From assembly GCA_001724265.1 (NCBI GenBank), contig MEDY01000200.1, forward strand, positions 1-53,061: 53,061 nt of DNA, given 5' to 3'. This document shows positions 24,659-37,500 of this stretch, piece by piece; within the stretch, counting starts at the first letter, position 1, and every line of letters begins with the position of its first letter. The translations under genes were made by a program, and so were the position numbers. The stretch is from Rhizaria sp. SCN 62-66. Taxonomy: Eukaryota. The notes under the pieces were generated by a model that had not been told where the DNA came from, searched no databases, and saw only the letters and a list, made by a program, of their open reading frames with translations.

Positions 24659-27152
24659 CGTGGCCGTCACAGGCGCCCTGCTGCCGCTCGTCGCGACCGT
24701 CGCCGCGGGCATGCGCGGCAGTGCGCACACCGGCGCTGTCTCCACCGTCAGTGGCGGCAGCACCAGCACCAGCAGCGGCGGCAGCGCGGGCAGGAGCGGC
24801 CACCGCGGCGCGGTGACAAGTCTCCCGCCGTCGCTCTCCGAGGCCGGCAACGCCACTGCGGCCGAAGCCTTCGCGGCGGCGCCGTGGCCCTTTGTCTCGC
24901 GGCTCTCCTTCTCCGCCGCCGCGGTCGCCGCGCTTCCCTTTGCGGGCCCCGAGCCCGCGCTGCTGTGCACGCTGCTGGCGCGCGCCGCTGCCACGCGCGG
25001 ACTCGGGCTCGCGCTTGCCACCGCGCTGGCGCTGGCGCTGCTGCGCGCCGGCCTCGTCACCGCGGGCGTGGAGAGTGAGCTGGTGGCGCTCAGGGCCGCC
25101 GCCGCGGCCGCCGCTCTTACCGCCACCGCCGCAGACGCCGACGCCGCCGCCGCTGCCACGACTGCTGAGTCGGAGCACCACAACTCTAGCTCGAGCTCGA
25201 GCGCGGGCGCGGGCGTGTCTGTGGCGGTGGCACTGCGTCGCGCGCTGCCGCTGCGCGCGCGCTGGGCGCTGCTGGCGGCGGCGGCGCGCGCCTCGGCGCC
25301 GCTCTGTGTGCAGCTGCTGCTCAAACAGACCTTGCACACCGCCTTCCCCGCAAACCTCGCTGCCGCCGCTTCGGGCGCCAGCGCTGTCAACACCGCCGCC
25401 GCCGCGGGCAGCGGCTTTGCGCGCCGCAGCGACTGGGACTCTGACGTCAGCGTCAGCACCGGCGGCGGCGGCGGCGGTGACAGCGGAGCGACTGGGCTGA
25501 GCGTGGCCCACATGCCGCTGGCTGCGTTCGCAGCCTGCCCGGCTCCCTACTGGGCTGCGGGCGCCGCCGCGCTCGCGCTCGCGCGGGACGCCCTCGGTGG
25601 CCCCTGTTCCTGCTCGCAGGCCCTGCAGTCCCCCACTGGCACTGGCGCTGGTGCCGGCGCCGGGACAGGTGTCGGCGCGGTCAAGCTGGGCCGCGCGGCG
25701 CGGCGGCGGCTGACCGCGGACGAGGACGACGACGACGACTGCGCTGACTGCCCCGCCCTCTTCAATGCAAACGCTCAACAGCATCACCAGCAGCAACAGC
25801 ACGGGACGTTGCTGCTGTCCCGTGGCGCCGGCGCCCGGCGGCTGCGGCAGGCTGCGCGCGCGTGCCGCGCCCTCGCCCGCGCGCAGAGAGCCCTGGCTGC
25901 GCCCGCCGCCGCAGACGCCGCAGACGCCGAAGCCGCCACTGGCGCATGCGCTGGCGCTGGCATTGGCGCGAGCGCTGCGGAGAGGCGGCAGTGGCTGTAT
26001 CTGTTCGACATCTCCGACCTCAGCAGCGGCAGCGACGGCGACGGTGACAATGACGGTGACACCGCGAGCGCGAGCGCGAGTGCTGAGCTAGAGCAGAGCT
26101 CTGTTGGCTCGAGCTCTGCCTCGAGCTCGAGCTCGAGCTCATCGAGCATGAGCACCGGCACGGCCTCCCTGCTGCTCATGCTCGACACGGGCAGCTCGGG
26201 CTCCGGCTCCAAGCCTGGCTCTGGTTCCGGCTCCGGCGGCGCCGTCGCGAGCGCCGCCGCGCAGGCCGCCGCCGCGAGCGCGCGGCTGCGGGCCCTGGGC
26301 GTGACGCCGCTGCTGGTCGACGCCGCGCGCGCGCTCGCCGGCGCCGACTCCGAGGGCCGCATCCCCCTCGTCCGCGCCCCACTCCAGGGCAATAGCAGCG
26401 GCCACGGCAGCGGCAGCGGCAACGGCAACGGCGGTCACTGGTGCATGTGTCAGTACACCGCCGCGCCCTACGCCGGCGGCAACGGCGAGACGGCGCCGCT
26501 GCCGCGCCTGAGCGAGGCCGTGGAGGCCGTGGTGGCGCTGGCGCAGACGCGCTTCTTCCTGGCGCTGCACTCGCACGACGCGCACTTGCGCGCAGCCGCT
26601 CAGCACGGCCTCGGGCTCGGGCTGGGACTCGACGGCGACGGCGACGGCGACGACGTCGGCGCGGGCGCGGACGGGGGCACGCCAGGGGCCAAGGGGGGGC
26701 GCAAGCGTGGTGCAGCCGCGTCCGCGGCCGGTAAAAAAGCTGGGGCGACGCCTCAAAGCGGCGCCAAGAAGGGCGCTGCCGCCAAGAAGACTGCGACTGC
26801 GGCCGCTGCGGCGACCGCGACACCCAAGGGCCGCGGCGGCGCCAAGGCGGGCACGGGCGCTGCTGCGGGTGCGGGCGCGAGCGCTGCCAAGAAGGGTGCC
26901 GCGGGCGGCGGCAAGAAGGCTAAGAAGGCCGCGGTGGACAGCGATGTGGACGAGTCTGACTTCGTGCTGACGCAAAACAGCAGCATCTTCAGCAACGACG
27001 ACGATGACGACGACGATAATGATGATGACGATTCTGATGACGATGGCAATGACGACAATGAGCGCGATAACGACGGTGATGGCAGCGAGGCCGAGAGCTT
27101 CCTGCCGCAGACGTCCCGGAGCGGACGCCAAGTCAAGCGCACACGCCGGTGA
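7560..27152 (+). CDS. SCC2: Giant Scc2/Nipped-B-like cohesin loader with a PHD finger, ~6,364 aa, 4 exons
   Basis: Exons 7560-19741, 19894-20556, 20727-21101 and 21278-27152 join in frame (19,095 nt) via GT-AG introns. Scc2/NIPBL-like motifs appear in the expected order: C4HC3 PHD finger (13125-13301), RDPAPSAREAALEVV, RLGDSSVLVRRRSAK, DGDAGVR...ALWF, LCRQGLVPP...ALAATSD and LLLKQ. Stop is TGA. Confidence 0.8.
13125..13301 (+). other. PHD zinc finger within the Scc2-like protein
   Basis: CVC...LDCDRCHGWFHARCVG...WVCDRC fits the C4HC3 PHD pattern. Confidence 0.9.
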
Positions 27153-27391
27153 TTAAAGTGTAAGAGAAATGTTACTTATGGACATATTTGCGATACTAAG
27201 TGTATGATGTAACCACACAATTTCAGTTAATTTAAGTATTATTTGAATACAAATATTCAATTTTATTTCATTGAATCAAATTAACTTAGCAAATGACTCG
27301 CATTTCAAGTCACAATTGCTTAACCAAGAAGACTTTGGATGCACGTTGATTAACAAAGTTGCAAATGAATGAAAATCAGAATAGTTCGTAG

Positions 27392-27427
27392 TTTCACACG
27401 GCAAACTATATTTTCACACGGCAAACT
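27392..27427 (+). repeat. 16-bp direct repeat TTTCACACGGCAAACT, two copies
   Basis: Exact copies at 27392-27407 and 27412-27427. Confidence 0.85.
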
Positions 27428-27496
27428 CTTCCGATCAGCCCGAGGGCCCGTACCCTGCGGCGAAGTCTATTAATATATTAATATTAGAATAGTAGC

Positions 27497-27712
27497 TTAA
27501 ACTCGCTCAGTCCCATCCCGGCCCTTGACGCAGACCGTGGCGGTCGAGGCGCCCTGCTTGGGCTACAGCGTCACGCCCGTGGCCTCGCGGCCGCGGTAGC
27601 ACGTGGGCACGGGCTGCGGCGGTGTCCTGCACGGCGTGCGGCGCGTCGTCGAGGAGCACTCGAACAGGTCCAGGTTGCTCGCGGGAAAACACCAGCCAGG
27701 GGCGGCGGAGGC
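27497..27712 (-). other. Orphan coding-like terminal exon with an in-frame TAG (gene fragment or pseudogene)
   Basis: Acceptor ...ccgttttacag, then ASAAPGWCFPASNLDLFECSS...GVTL*PKQGASTATVCVKGRDGTERV and TAA. GC3-rich codons continue past TAG 27563-27565. No upstream exon was identified. Confidence 0.35.
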
Positions 27713-28703
27713 CTGTAAAACGGGAGGAACGGGCACAAACTGCACAAGCTGCAATAATCAGCTGTCGATTTTACCGCTTTCTTGTGGAAAGCGGTAGTAT
27801 ATTGTCAACAAAATGTTTTTATCGAAAGCTGTCTTCAAAGTAGCGTCTTCCTCTTCGCACACGGCGAAATCATCGTCTAATAAACTGTAATTCCTCTATA
27901 GCGCATTGATTATTTGTAAAACAACAATAAATAGATATAATAACTAAAATAATTTTTTTAATACTAATTTTACATTAATTTAAAATTAATATTTTTTAAA
28001 CATTAATTTAAATTACAATACTTAATTAATAAATGTTTTATAGTAAATTATTGATTTATTGTTATTTTATTGTTTATTAAGTTCTAATTTGGTAACTTTT
28101 GGTCCTCGAAAATTCCCCAAAGTCTCCAGAAGACTAAATGATTTATGTAAATAAAAAACTATTGAAATATGCATAACGTATATATAACAGATTATAAAAT
28201 ATATATTATATAAGTTTCAATTAAAAAGACGTATGTTTGTAAAGCAATAAAATAGCAATATTATATTTTTTTACGTTGCGAAATATTATTTGATATTTTG
28301 TAAGCAATATTTGTGCTAAAAAATACCAGTCTTTGTTGCTTTGAGCATGTAAGACTTGAGTAGTGCTCGTATTAAGTATTCTCGGTTTTAAGCATGCGAA
28401 TTAGCTTCGTTCGCCAAAAAATATGCGACATGTATGTGACAATCGTATTATTTTGCAGAAAGACTGCGTAACTATGAAGCCAAAGTCGCATCGGCGTTCA
28501 TGCGGAAGTTTGCGGGAGAAGACAAGTTCATCACTTTATTTTGAACGAAGCATTGAACTTTACATGTGTGAGAAGAAAACCAATGCACATTTTATGTTCT
28601 GTTGCATTGTTGTAGTGATATCTAAGTAGTGTTTCATTTCATTGAAAAGTACGCAAATTTTTAAGAGAACAAACTTATCATATCATACAGGAGGCGCATG
28701 CTC

Positions 28704-31700
28704 TTAGTACGTGTTGTCACCGTCGTCGTAGCCGCCGTCGCCGCCGCCGGCCGCCCCACCCGCACCGCCACCGGCCCCGGGCCCCGCGGCGCCTGCCGCC
28801 GCCGCAGCGGCTGCAGCGGCCTCTGCGGCCTCCGCGCGGCGCTCCCAGTGCTCGGCGCGGAGCGCGGCGCGCTGCGCCATGAGCGCCAGCAGCAGCGGCT
28901 GCGGGGCCTTAAGTTCGCCGCCCGACTCGGGCTTGCCCTAAGACGAGAGAGATAGGAGAGAGAAGGCACACAAGTAAGAGAGCAAGTGAGTGCGTGGTGT
29001 TGGTTGATGTGCAAGATATAAAATACGATTGTTGCGATGAAGACTCTTTGGGCGCGGGTTTTAAAGCGTTATCCACGTTAACTCCACGTACGTGTGACTG
29101 CGAGGCCGCGGTGGCGATGCTCACAGTCAGTGACTTGCTCCGCGTCAGCCCCGGGGGACTGTGCTGCTGCTGCTGGGGCACCGAGGCGCCAGCTGTCGCG
29201 GCAGCGCTCTTGGCGGCGCCGTGAACTGGGCAGCTGTTGTTGCCGCCGCTGGCAGGCTGGCCGGCGCCCAGACCCGTCAGAGACGGCGGCATTTGACCCT
29301 GCGACTGAGGGGGCATTGGGGGCGGCAGCCGGGGCCGCGGCTGCTGCGGAGGCGGGGGCGGCGGCGGCGGCTGCTGCTGCTGCTCGCTGCCAGCTCCCTT
29401 GTTGTTGTTACCGGTGCTGCTGCTGTTGCCTGCGCTGTTGGCGTGCGGCCGCCGGGGAATCGGCGGGATCGGCGGGATCGGGGGCGTTGCGCCGGAGCCA
29501 GCGCTGTTGACGCCTGCGCTCGCACTATTCGACCCAGGCACCGGCAACGACAGTCTGCTGTTGCTGCCGATGTTATAACACGTGCAGACAGTCACGTTGT
29601 CGGTCTCCTCCCCCGCCTCAGCGCCCGCCCCCGCGCTGCCAGTGGTGCCGTCGGCGGCGGCAAGCGGCAGCAGCAGCGGCGTCGTGACCGTGGGCACGAT
29701 GTTGGTGCGCACGTGGAAGCGGTACTTCTTCAGCCACTTATGCTTCAGCAGCTGCGCGGCACTCCAACGGTCCTCCGGCGCGCGCGCGCAGCACTTGGAG
29801 ATGAAGTCCTGTTGGAGGGCAGGCAAAAAAAGAGCAAAAACAGCAATAGCAATGGACACAGAGTAGTATTTGTGAGAGAGTTATACACGCGTGATATCAA
29901 ACATTCTTTGTTCATATGGCGACATATTTCATCATAAGGCATGCTATCTGTCCACGCACCAGGAAGAGCTGCGAGTAGCCCATGGCGGCGACTGCCTCGG
30001 GCGCGACCGAGGGTGGGCCGGCCGTCTCGTTGGAGATTGCAAAGAGCGCCTTGACCGGGTGGAGCCCGTAGTGCGGGGGTTCGCCTTGCGCCAGCTCGAC
30101 CGCCGTCACGCCCAACGACCACACGTCGGCCTTGGCGTCGTAGGCGGCGCGCGCGATCACCTCGGGCGCCATCCAGTACGGCGACCCCGCGAAGGTGTGG
30201 CGCTTGCGCACGGAGCGTGTCAGGCGCGCCGCGACGCCGAAGTCCGCGATCTTGACCTCGCCCTGGTGCGACAGCAGCAGGTTCGCGGCCTTGATGTCGC
30301 GGTGCAGCGCGCCCTGCGAGTGCAAGTACTGCAGCCCGTGCAGCGCCTGGGAGTCAGCAAGAGTGAGAGTGACAGTGACCAGGTGAGGCAGCGAGTGAGC
30401 GAGTTAGAGACAGCGAGTGAGTGAGAGAATAAAGGCAGAGTTATATGGTGAGAGATTTGAGGAGAGAAAAACAAGTTTTACAACAGAAAGCTCAAAAGAA
30501 AGAAATATAAAATTGGATATTTTAATGATAAAATAGCATAGTATGATCTTGGAGAAACAGTTGATTCGCAAAACTGTCAATATCTTCATTTTAGTGGGTC
30601 ATTCGACAGCAAAGACATCCAGCTTTCGGCTGGCTTTGGGGTGTATCAATCGGCGTGTGGACACGTACCTCCCAAAGGATGCCGGCGATGCACTCCTCGG
30701 GCAGCGGCCCGCCGTCACGGAGCAGCTGGAGCACGGAGCCGCCCGACAGGAACTCCATCACGATGTTGAGCTCGGTCCCCGCCGTGATGGCCGTGTAGTA
30801 CCGCACGATGTACGGGCCTGCGGGACAGTGTACGCGCAGCGCAGGTGCATTGTAGGTGCAGCGCGAGAGCGCAGTGCAGTGTGCACGCAGTGTCGTGGTG
30901 GAGCAGGGCAGAGACAGCGATCGTGTGCACAGGGTCGTGACGTACAAGGAGGAGCGAGATAAGACAAAACACGAAACAGACATGAGATCGAATCAAATAA
31001 ACATAATTTCCGCGAAAAATAAACACGTATAAACCACAAAATGACACATTAAACAAGAAAATACCCGCAATAAAGGATCATTACAGCGAGATAAATATGC
31101 CGCGAGGAGTGACGTACTCGCGCAGTGCGCCATGGCCGTGGTCTCCGCGGTGACGGCGGCGATGGCGTCAGCGCTTTCGTCCAGGTCGACAACCTTGAGC
31201 GCGACCACCGCGCCCGACACGACGTCGATGGCGTGATACACGGCGCCGAAGGACCCGCGGCCCACCTGCCGCAGACGCCGGTACCGCGTCATGAGGAACG
31301 CGCCACCCGCACCAGTCGCGCCGCCCGCGCTGGCCGCGTTGCTCGCCGCACTGCTGCTGCTGCCGCTGCCAACATTGATGCTGCTGCTGGTGCCTACATC
31401 GGGGCCGGGCCCGGGGTCAGCGCGGCTAGCCACGCTGGCGCTAGCGCTAAGAGTGGGGGCATTGTTCTGTTGAGGCTGCTGCTGCTGAAGCGAGCTCGAG
31501 CTCAAGCCCAAGCTGGCGCTGACGGCGCTGGCGACGCTGGCCGAGTTGCTGCTGGTAGGAGAGGCGGTCGAGGTCGAGGTCGACGTGCTGGGGGTCGCGT
31601 TGCTAGCGTAGCCACCGTAATTGCCGCCACTGCCGCCGCTGCTACTGGGCAGACTGGGGCCGTGGAAGGCGCGGGCGCTGGCGTTGGAGAAACTAGTGGT

Positions 31701-31781
31701 GTTCACAGCCGGGGGCGGCGGCGGCGGCGGCGGCGGCGGGGACTGTCGAGACCGGTAAAGCGAGGACTGCGGGGGCTGCAT
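28704..31781 (-). CDS. STE20-family (GCK, MST3/STK24/25-like) Ser/Thr protein kinase, 5 exons
   Basis: Exons 31781-31118, 30817-30669, 30346-29960, 29808-29092 and 28937-28704 join in frame. Motifs: GRGSFGAV, VALKVVDL, PYIVRYY, IVMEFLSGGS, HRDIKAANLL, VKIADFGVA, RHTFAGSPYWMAPEVI, YDAKADVWSLG, ELAQGEPP. Stop is TAA. The start ATG at 31781 is inferred. Confidence 0.9.
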
Positions 31782-32832
31782 TGGGGACAAGTGCGGCCGC
31801 GGATGCAGCTGCTACGTTGCTGTACCTGTTGAGGAAAGTTACACTCGCACTGTCACAATCGCACAACCAGTCCCAGTCGCTGGGAGGTGAGGTCGAGGTA
31901 GCGCGGCACCACTTGCTCAAGTAGAGCTGGTGCTAAAGTGCTAGAAGCGGCGGCTGCCAACACCCACGTGCGCGCCTGTGACAGACTGTGTTGCGAGCAC
32001 GGAGAGGTGACAGACTGCACAGACTGGCGAGGAGAGGTGACGAGGTGACGAGAGGGGCGTTGAGCCTGAGGGAGCAGTAGGCAACGGAAAACAAAGAGTG
32101 GAGTCAGAAGCCGAGTGTATATACACAAGATAGAATATCTCTACAAGAACACGTCGCGTTAAAAGCACTGCGGTGTTTGTTGGGTGGCTTGAGAGCGGGA
32201 ATCGAGAGGGGAGCAGGGGCGCGCGCGGCGATCGCGAGAGGACCGGAGCACAAGACTGGAGAGCGGGGATAACAAGTCTTGTGGCACAAAACAATTTTGA
32301 AAATAGCAAGTAGACATCAAAGTATCCAGAATACAGCGGTAATGTTTGAGGGCAACGATGAAGTCGAGTGAGATATGAGGCACAAGATCAGCGGCTGAGA
32401 GGGCGCTGAGAGCACCACGTCGCGCTGTTTGGGGAAGCTCTTGTGGCTGCGTTTTACCCGCTGTCTGTACAGCTCCGAAATGATCGTCAGAGTGCGCAGT
32501 TCAGGTCTCTTAGACTTTTTGATTAATGATTCTAGCTATGTTTTAAATTAACACCTCTAAAGTGTTGATATAGACTCTCATGTGGAGTCTTCACTCTCAC
32601 TCTGCTGCCGTCACTCTGCAAGACCTTTACCCCTTCCCTACTATTCCCGTTCTAGCGCCACAAAGACTTCATTCTTCATAATCATATCTCAAAATCAGTA
32701 ACGATAATACTAATCACTTTGCTTCACCGTGTTATCACTCCGAAGCAGACACACCAAGCACATCACAGGCGCACTCTAAGCTCGCGTTCCTGCACCCCAC
32801 CAGCCCCCGCCCTGCGCCGCTAAACTCGCCCG

Positions 32833-34100
32833 ATGTCCGCCGCAGAGCGCCTGGCGGACGAGATCGAGGCCATTTCCTCGATCTACGAGCCAGAGAACGT
32901 GCGCATCGACGACTCTAATCCGCTCGCGACCCTGGTCACTGTCACAGTCACCGATCCCAACCTTCCCTCGCAACAGCAGCAACATCAAAATGCATCGCCG
33001 TCGTCTTACTGCGCGCTGCTTGTGACGGTCCACCTGCCGCGCGCTGCGTACCTGACGCGCACGCAGCCGGCCCCGCTGGCGACCTTCTCCTTCGCGCCGC
33101 CGCCGCCGCGCCGCGCCCCCGCGCCGCCGGCACTGTCGGACTGGCTGCCCGCCGCGGCCCAGGCCGAGGCGCGGGCCCAACTCGCCGCGCTGTACGCACA
33201 GCAGGGGCCGACGGGCGGGGAGGTGCTGTTTGAGTTCCTCGAGTGGCTGCGCGGCTGGGTCCACTTCCCCTCCCCCGCAGCCAGCCTCCGCGAGTCCACC
33301 GCCGCCGCGGCGGCCGAGGCCGAGGCGGCGGAGGCGGCGGCCGAGGCAGCTGCGCTGGCGGCGGCGGAGGCGGCGGCCGCGGGCGCCGGCGGCAGCGAAG
33401 GCGAAGGCAAGGGCAAGGGGAGCAATAACAACGCAGGCGGCGCTGCTGCTTCTGGCAGTACGAAGGTGGATTGGCGCGAGGCATGGGCTGAGAGGGGCAT
33501 CATGGTGGGGCCTACCGAGGTGCATTCTAAGTCCCGCTTTACGGCCTTCATGGCGCGCGTAGAATCGGCGCAAGATGTACGTTAACTAAGGATATTAGCT
33601 ACATTTTATCAGTATATTACACGGTTTATTTATTTTATTTGTTTTCACACTTGAAAATTGTTCGCTATACCTCTGTATATCAACTTGAAGTATTCTGACC
33701 CACTTTCGGCGATCAATCCCTTTCCTATCTGCGTTCTCAGGTCAAGACCGCTGTCGCTGCGCTACTGCTGAATCCGGACTTGCAGGTAGCGACGCACAAC
33801 ATGTACGCGTACCGCTTCACGCCCTCCCCGCCCTCTGGCGGCACCGGCAGCGTGGTGGTAGACGCGGACGAGGACGGCGAGGCGGGGGCGGAGCACGCCA
33901 TGCTATTTTACGTCAACGCCGCCGCCGTGCACAACTGCCTCATCATGGTCTCGCGCTGGTACGGCGGCATCATGCTTGGACCCAAGCGCTTTGCCATTAT
34001 TAAGAACGTGATGCGCGACGGATACGTCATGTACTGCAGCAAAACGGGCGGCAACGGCGCCGGCGCTGCTGCCGCTGCGACCGGCAAGGGCAAGAAATGA
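32833..34100 (+). CDS. IMPACT: IMPACT/Yih1-like protein (RWD + UPF0029 domains), ~367 aa, 2 exons
   Basis: Exon 32833-33576 starts with RWD-like DEIEAISSIY and contains VLFEFLEWLR and SKSRFTAFMARV. Intron 33577-33740 is GTACGT..CAG. Exon 33741-34100 contains ATHNMYAYR, DEDGEAGA and VSRWYGGIMLGPKRFAII. Stop is TGA. Confidence 0.9.
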
Positions 34101-34563
34101 GATTATAAGCACAAACGAACATTCAAGGGGATTCAAAGAACTGTTTTAAAAATAATTGCAAGAAATGTCGAATTTTGTTTCGCTAATTCTTTGTTTTGAC
34201 GTTCATAAGCGACTTAAACATCCATCGTTTTGCTTGCTCTGCAGAGTGACTGCTGTTGCTTCGCAGCCAGCCGGTAAGTGCAACTTGAAAAATAATTGTT
34301 GGCCAAGCCGGGCAAGTGGGATGGGGACGCATTAGGTCACGATTTGATGAGGAATCAGTCGTCAAGTGCCTCGTATAGTTCCATCCCAGTGTGAAAGACG
34401 CGTTTACATGTACCAAAACGCTGTTTGATTTCCGCCCCGTGCTCATATACACCAACTTTTACATCACTCGCTCTTCCCACAGCCTTCACTCCCTCTCCAA
34501 CCCCCGCTTTTGCACGCGCGTTTCTCTCACCTTCTCTCGTCCTCCACACGTGCTCTCGCGCTA

Positions 34564-37500
34564 ATGTCGACTCCCGCGGCGCAGGGCGGCGGCGCGAGTG
34601 CTGCTGCGCCCCGTTCGCGCTTGCGCAAACGGCCCGCACCACCGCTGGCACGGCCCACCAAAGGCTCTGCCAGTGCCAGCGGTGTCATGAGCCAAAACTC
34701 GGTCCAGAGTCATAGCGATGATGATGATGACGCCGACGGCAATGATAAGGAGAACGTCGGCCTCAGCGGCTCACACAAGCAACAAGAACAGAAGACTGCC
34801 GGCCCTCTCCGCGGCCCCAGTCTCAGTCTCACAACGTCGTCATCGTCATCATCATCGTCATCATCATCATCATCATCATCATCATCAAGTAGCAGTAGCA
34901 GCGGTCGCAACGCGAACCTTTGCGCGAGCGCGAATGATAGCGGCGACGAGGACAGCGACGTTTCTGTGGCGATTCCCGGCGCAATCGACCTGTTCACCGA
35001 CAACTCACTGCTGCTGCCGCCGCCGCCATCAAAAGCCGCAACAGCAGCGAAGACGACGACAAAATCAACGACTGTTGCTGAAAAAGAGCATCAGCTTCCT
35101 CAACCTCTGCCTCCTCCTCTGCCTCAGCCTCTCGTCCTGGCCCCGGCCTCAATGCCCCTCTACTCCTGGTACGGCTACGGCTACCCGCAGGCCTGCACTG
35201 GCACTGACACTTTCGGTGCGAGCGCAAATGACCGTGAGCAGCAGCAGCTTTGGCAGCAGCAGCAGCGGTGGCAGCGGCGGCGGCAGTGGCTGTGGCGGCA
35301 CCCGGCTCTGCAGGCGCAACTGCGGGCGCTCAGGCTCACGGTAACTAGAGGTTCCACAGTCACTAAAGGGCTCACGGTCAGTTGCAGTAGCAATGGCTCC
35401 GGCTCTGGCTCCGGCTCTGTTGGCTACAGTGACATGCTTGCGACTCGCGGCCGCAGCAGCAGCAACAGTCTCGCTGTAAGTGCCTCCATGGCCGTGACTA
35501 AGTACCCTTGCCCGCCGCCCCCCGGAGGCCCGGCAGCGCTGCCCCTGTTGGCCGAGGCCTTGATTGCAGACGCAGACGCTGAGGCGGAGGCAGAGCGAGA
35601 GGCTTTGCAGTCGTAGGCACTGCTACGTCGCAGTGCGTTTTCGCCTGCGGTCTTCTGTGCAGGCCCCGCTCTGCCCGCCATGCCCCTTACAGGTCTAAGT
35701 GCCCCTTACACGCACACGAACCCGCTGCGCTCACTGGGCGCCGACGCGGCTCTAAGTGGCGCCGAGCTGGCTAAGGGCCTGTCTCAGCACCCCGGCACTT
35801 ACACTGCGTTCCCCCTTACAGCAGCGCAACTAGCCCGCACTTGCACTTACACTCACAAAGACGCTCATGATAACTATAGTTCTAGCTCTAGCTCTAGCTC
35901 TAGCTCTAGCTCCATTTCAGCCTCTGAAGCCTCTGTACCCTCTGTAGCCTCTGCCTCTGCACTGCGTCCCCCCCGCATCGACTGCCCGCTGCTGGCCGTC
36001 GTCTCGGTCGCCGCGGCGGGGGCGGCGGCGGCCGCGGCCGCGGCGGCGGCGGCGGCGGCGGGCCCCATTGCCAGGGCCGCTATCTCTAACGCCACAGCCA
36101 AAGCTGCGGCCGCGACTCCGACTGAAGCTGCGGCTGCGGCCGCGGCTGGGACTCCGACTGATGATGCCGTTTCTCAGTCTCAGTCTCAGTCGCTGACTCA
36201 GCCGCAGTCGTTGCCGTTGCCGTTGCCTCGGTGCGTGGCCACCCTCGGCCCTGTGGAGGCCCTCTGGCACCGACACGCCGACAAGTTAAGCCGCCTTGGA
36301 CTGAGGCTCGGACACCGGCCCCTTGTGGGTGCAAGCGACCGTGGTCACACAGTCACCGCGGCGACGGCCGCTGCGGCGACTGCCGCTGCTGCTGCTGCTG
36401 GCGAGACTAATGCTGGCGAGGCTAATAATACAGCCGTGCCTGATGTGTCTGATGTGGCTGCAGCGCCTGGGGGCGGCTATGTGAGTGTGATTGAAGGGGA
36501 GCGTCTCGGGGGCGGCTTGACTTTGCGGCCAGAGGTACTTAATCACCTGTCTAAGGGGGTGCCTCTCGGCCTCGCGTCACTTGCAGCCAAGGCAGATAGC
36601 AGTCTAAGTAGCGGCCGCAGTCTAAGTACCCCAGTCCTGGAGCTGCTGACAGCCGACTTGAGGCATGAGATTCAGACCAAAGATGAGACGCAAGTCAAAG
36701 ATGGGGCTCAGATCAAAGATGAGACTCGGATCAAAGCGGAGAATCTTAACAATGTCATCTCTAGCTCTAGCTCTCGTGCGATTGCTATTGCACCAAAGCC
36801 GCCCTCTCCCGTCTTTGCTCCCCTGGGCGCAATGAGCGCCGTCGCGAACGAGGCCGTGGAGCTGGCCGCACGTGTCTGCAGCAGCTGCGGCGGCGGCCGC
36901 AGGGACAGTCACGGCTACGGTTACGGTCACGGTCACGGTCCCTTTAGCAATCCCAGTCGTAACGACTCTCGCTGCGAGTGCGAGCGCGAGTGCACTGGAG
37001 GCAGCGGCGTCAGCTGCCAGAGCCGGCTGTACCAGCTGTTCCTCGCTGAGGCCGAGGCCGAGACGGCGTCACATCAGCAGCGGCAGCGGCCCCAGCTGTC
37101 CTCCGAGGCCGAGTCCGAGGCCGAGGCTGCGGCGGCGCTGCTGCTGACCAAGACACAGGCCAAGGTGAAGCAGCTCAAACGGCGCGATTCGCTGCTGGTG
37201 CTGAATCAGGACTACGGCGACGGCGACGTGAGCGTGAACGGTGGCAGTCTCACTCAGAGTGAGGCTCAGGCCGGCTCTCGCAAGACCGGCCATAGCGCCC
37301 AGAACAATGTCGCCCGCGAGAGCGACCGTGGCAGAATCAGTGCAACCGCGAGCGCGACTGCCGCGGCGACCGCGGCCGCCGCCGCGGCCGCCGCCGCCGT
37401 CTCAGCCGCCTACTGCCGCTCCCAATACATGCGCGACCTAACTTATGCGCAGGGCGGCTTCGCTGACTCAGTCGCTTTGATTTTGCCCGCAGCAGCAGCG

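Noticed and set aside
28661-29091. ORF-track continuations of the kinase C-terminus (28661-29014 and the tail of 28909-29859)
   Set aside because: They run through the intron 28938-29091; the phase-0 spliced frame GKPESGGELK...NTY* fits the codon bias better.
31790-31830. In-frame TAG upstream of the kinase ATG (ACG TAG CAG CTG)
   Set aside because: An in-frame TAA lies a few codons further upstream with no ATG between; probably 5' UTR, so not counted as evidence.
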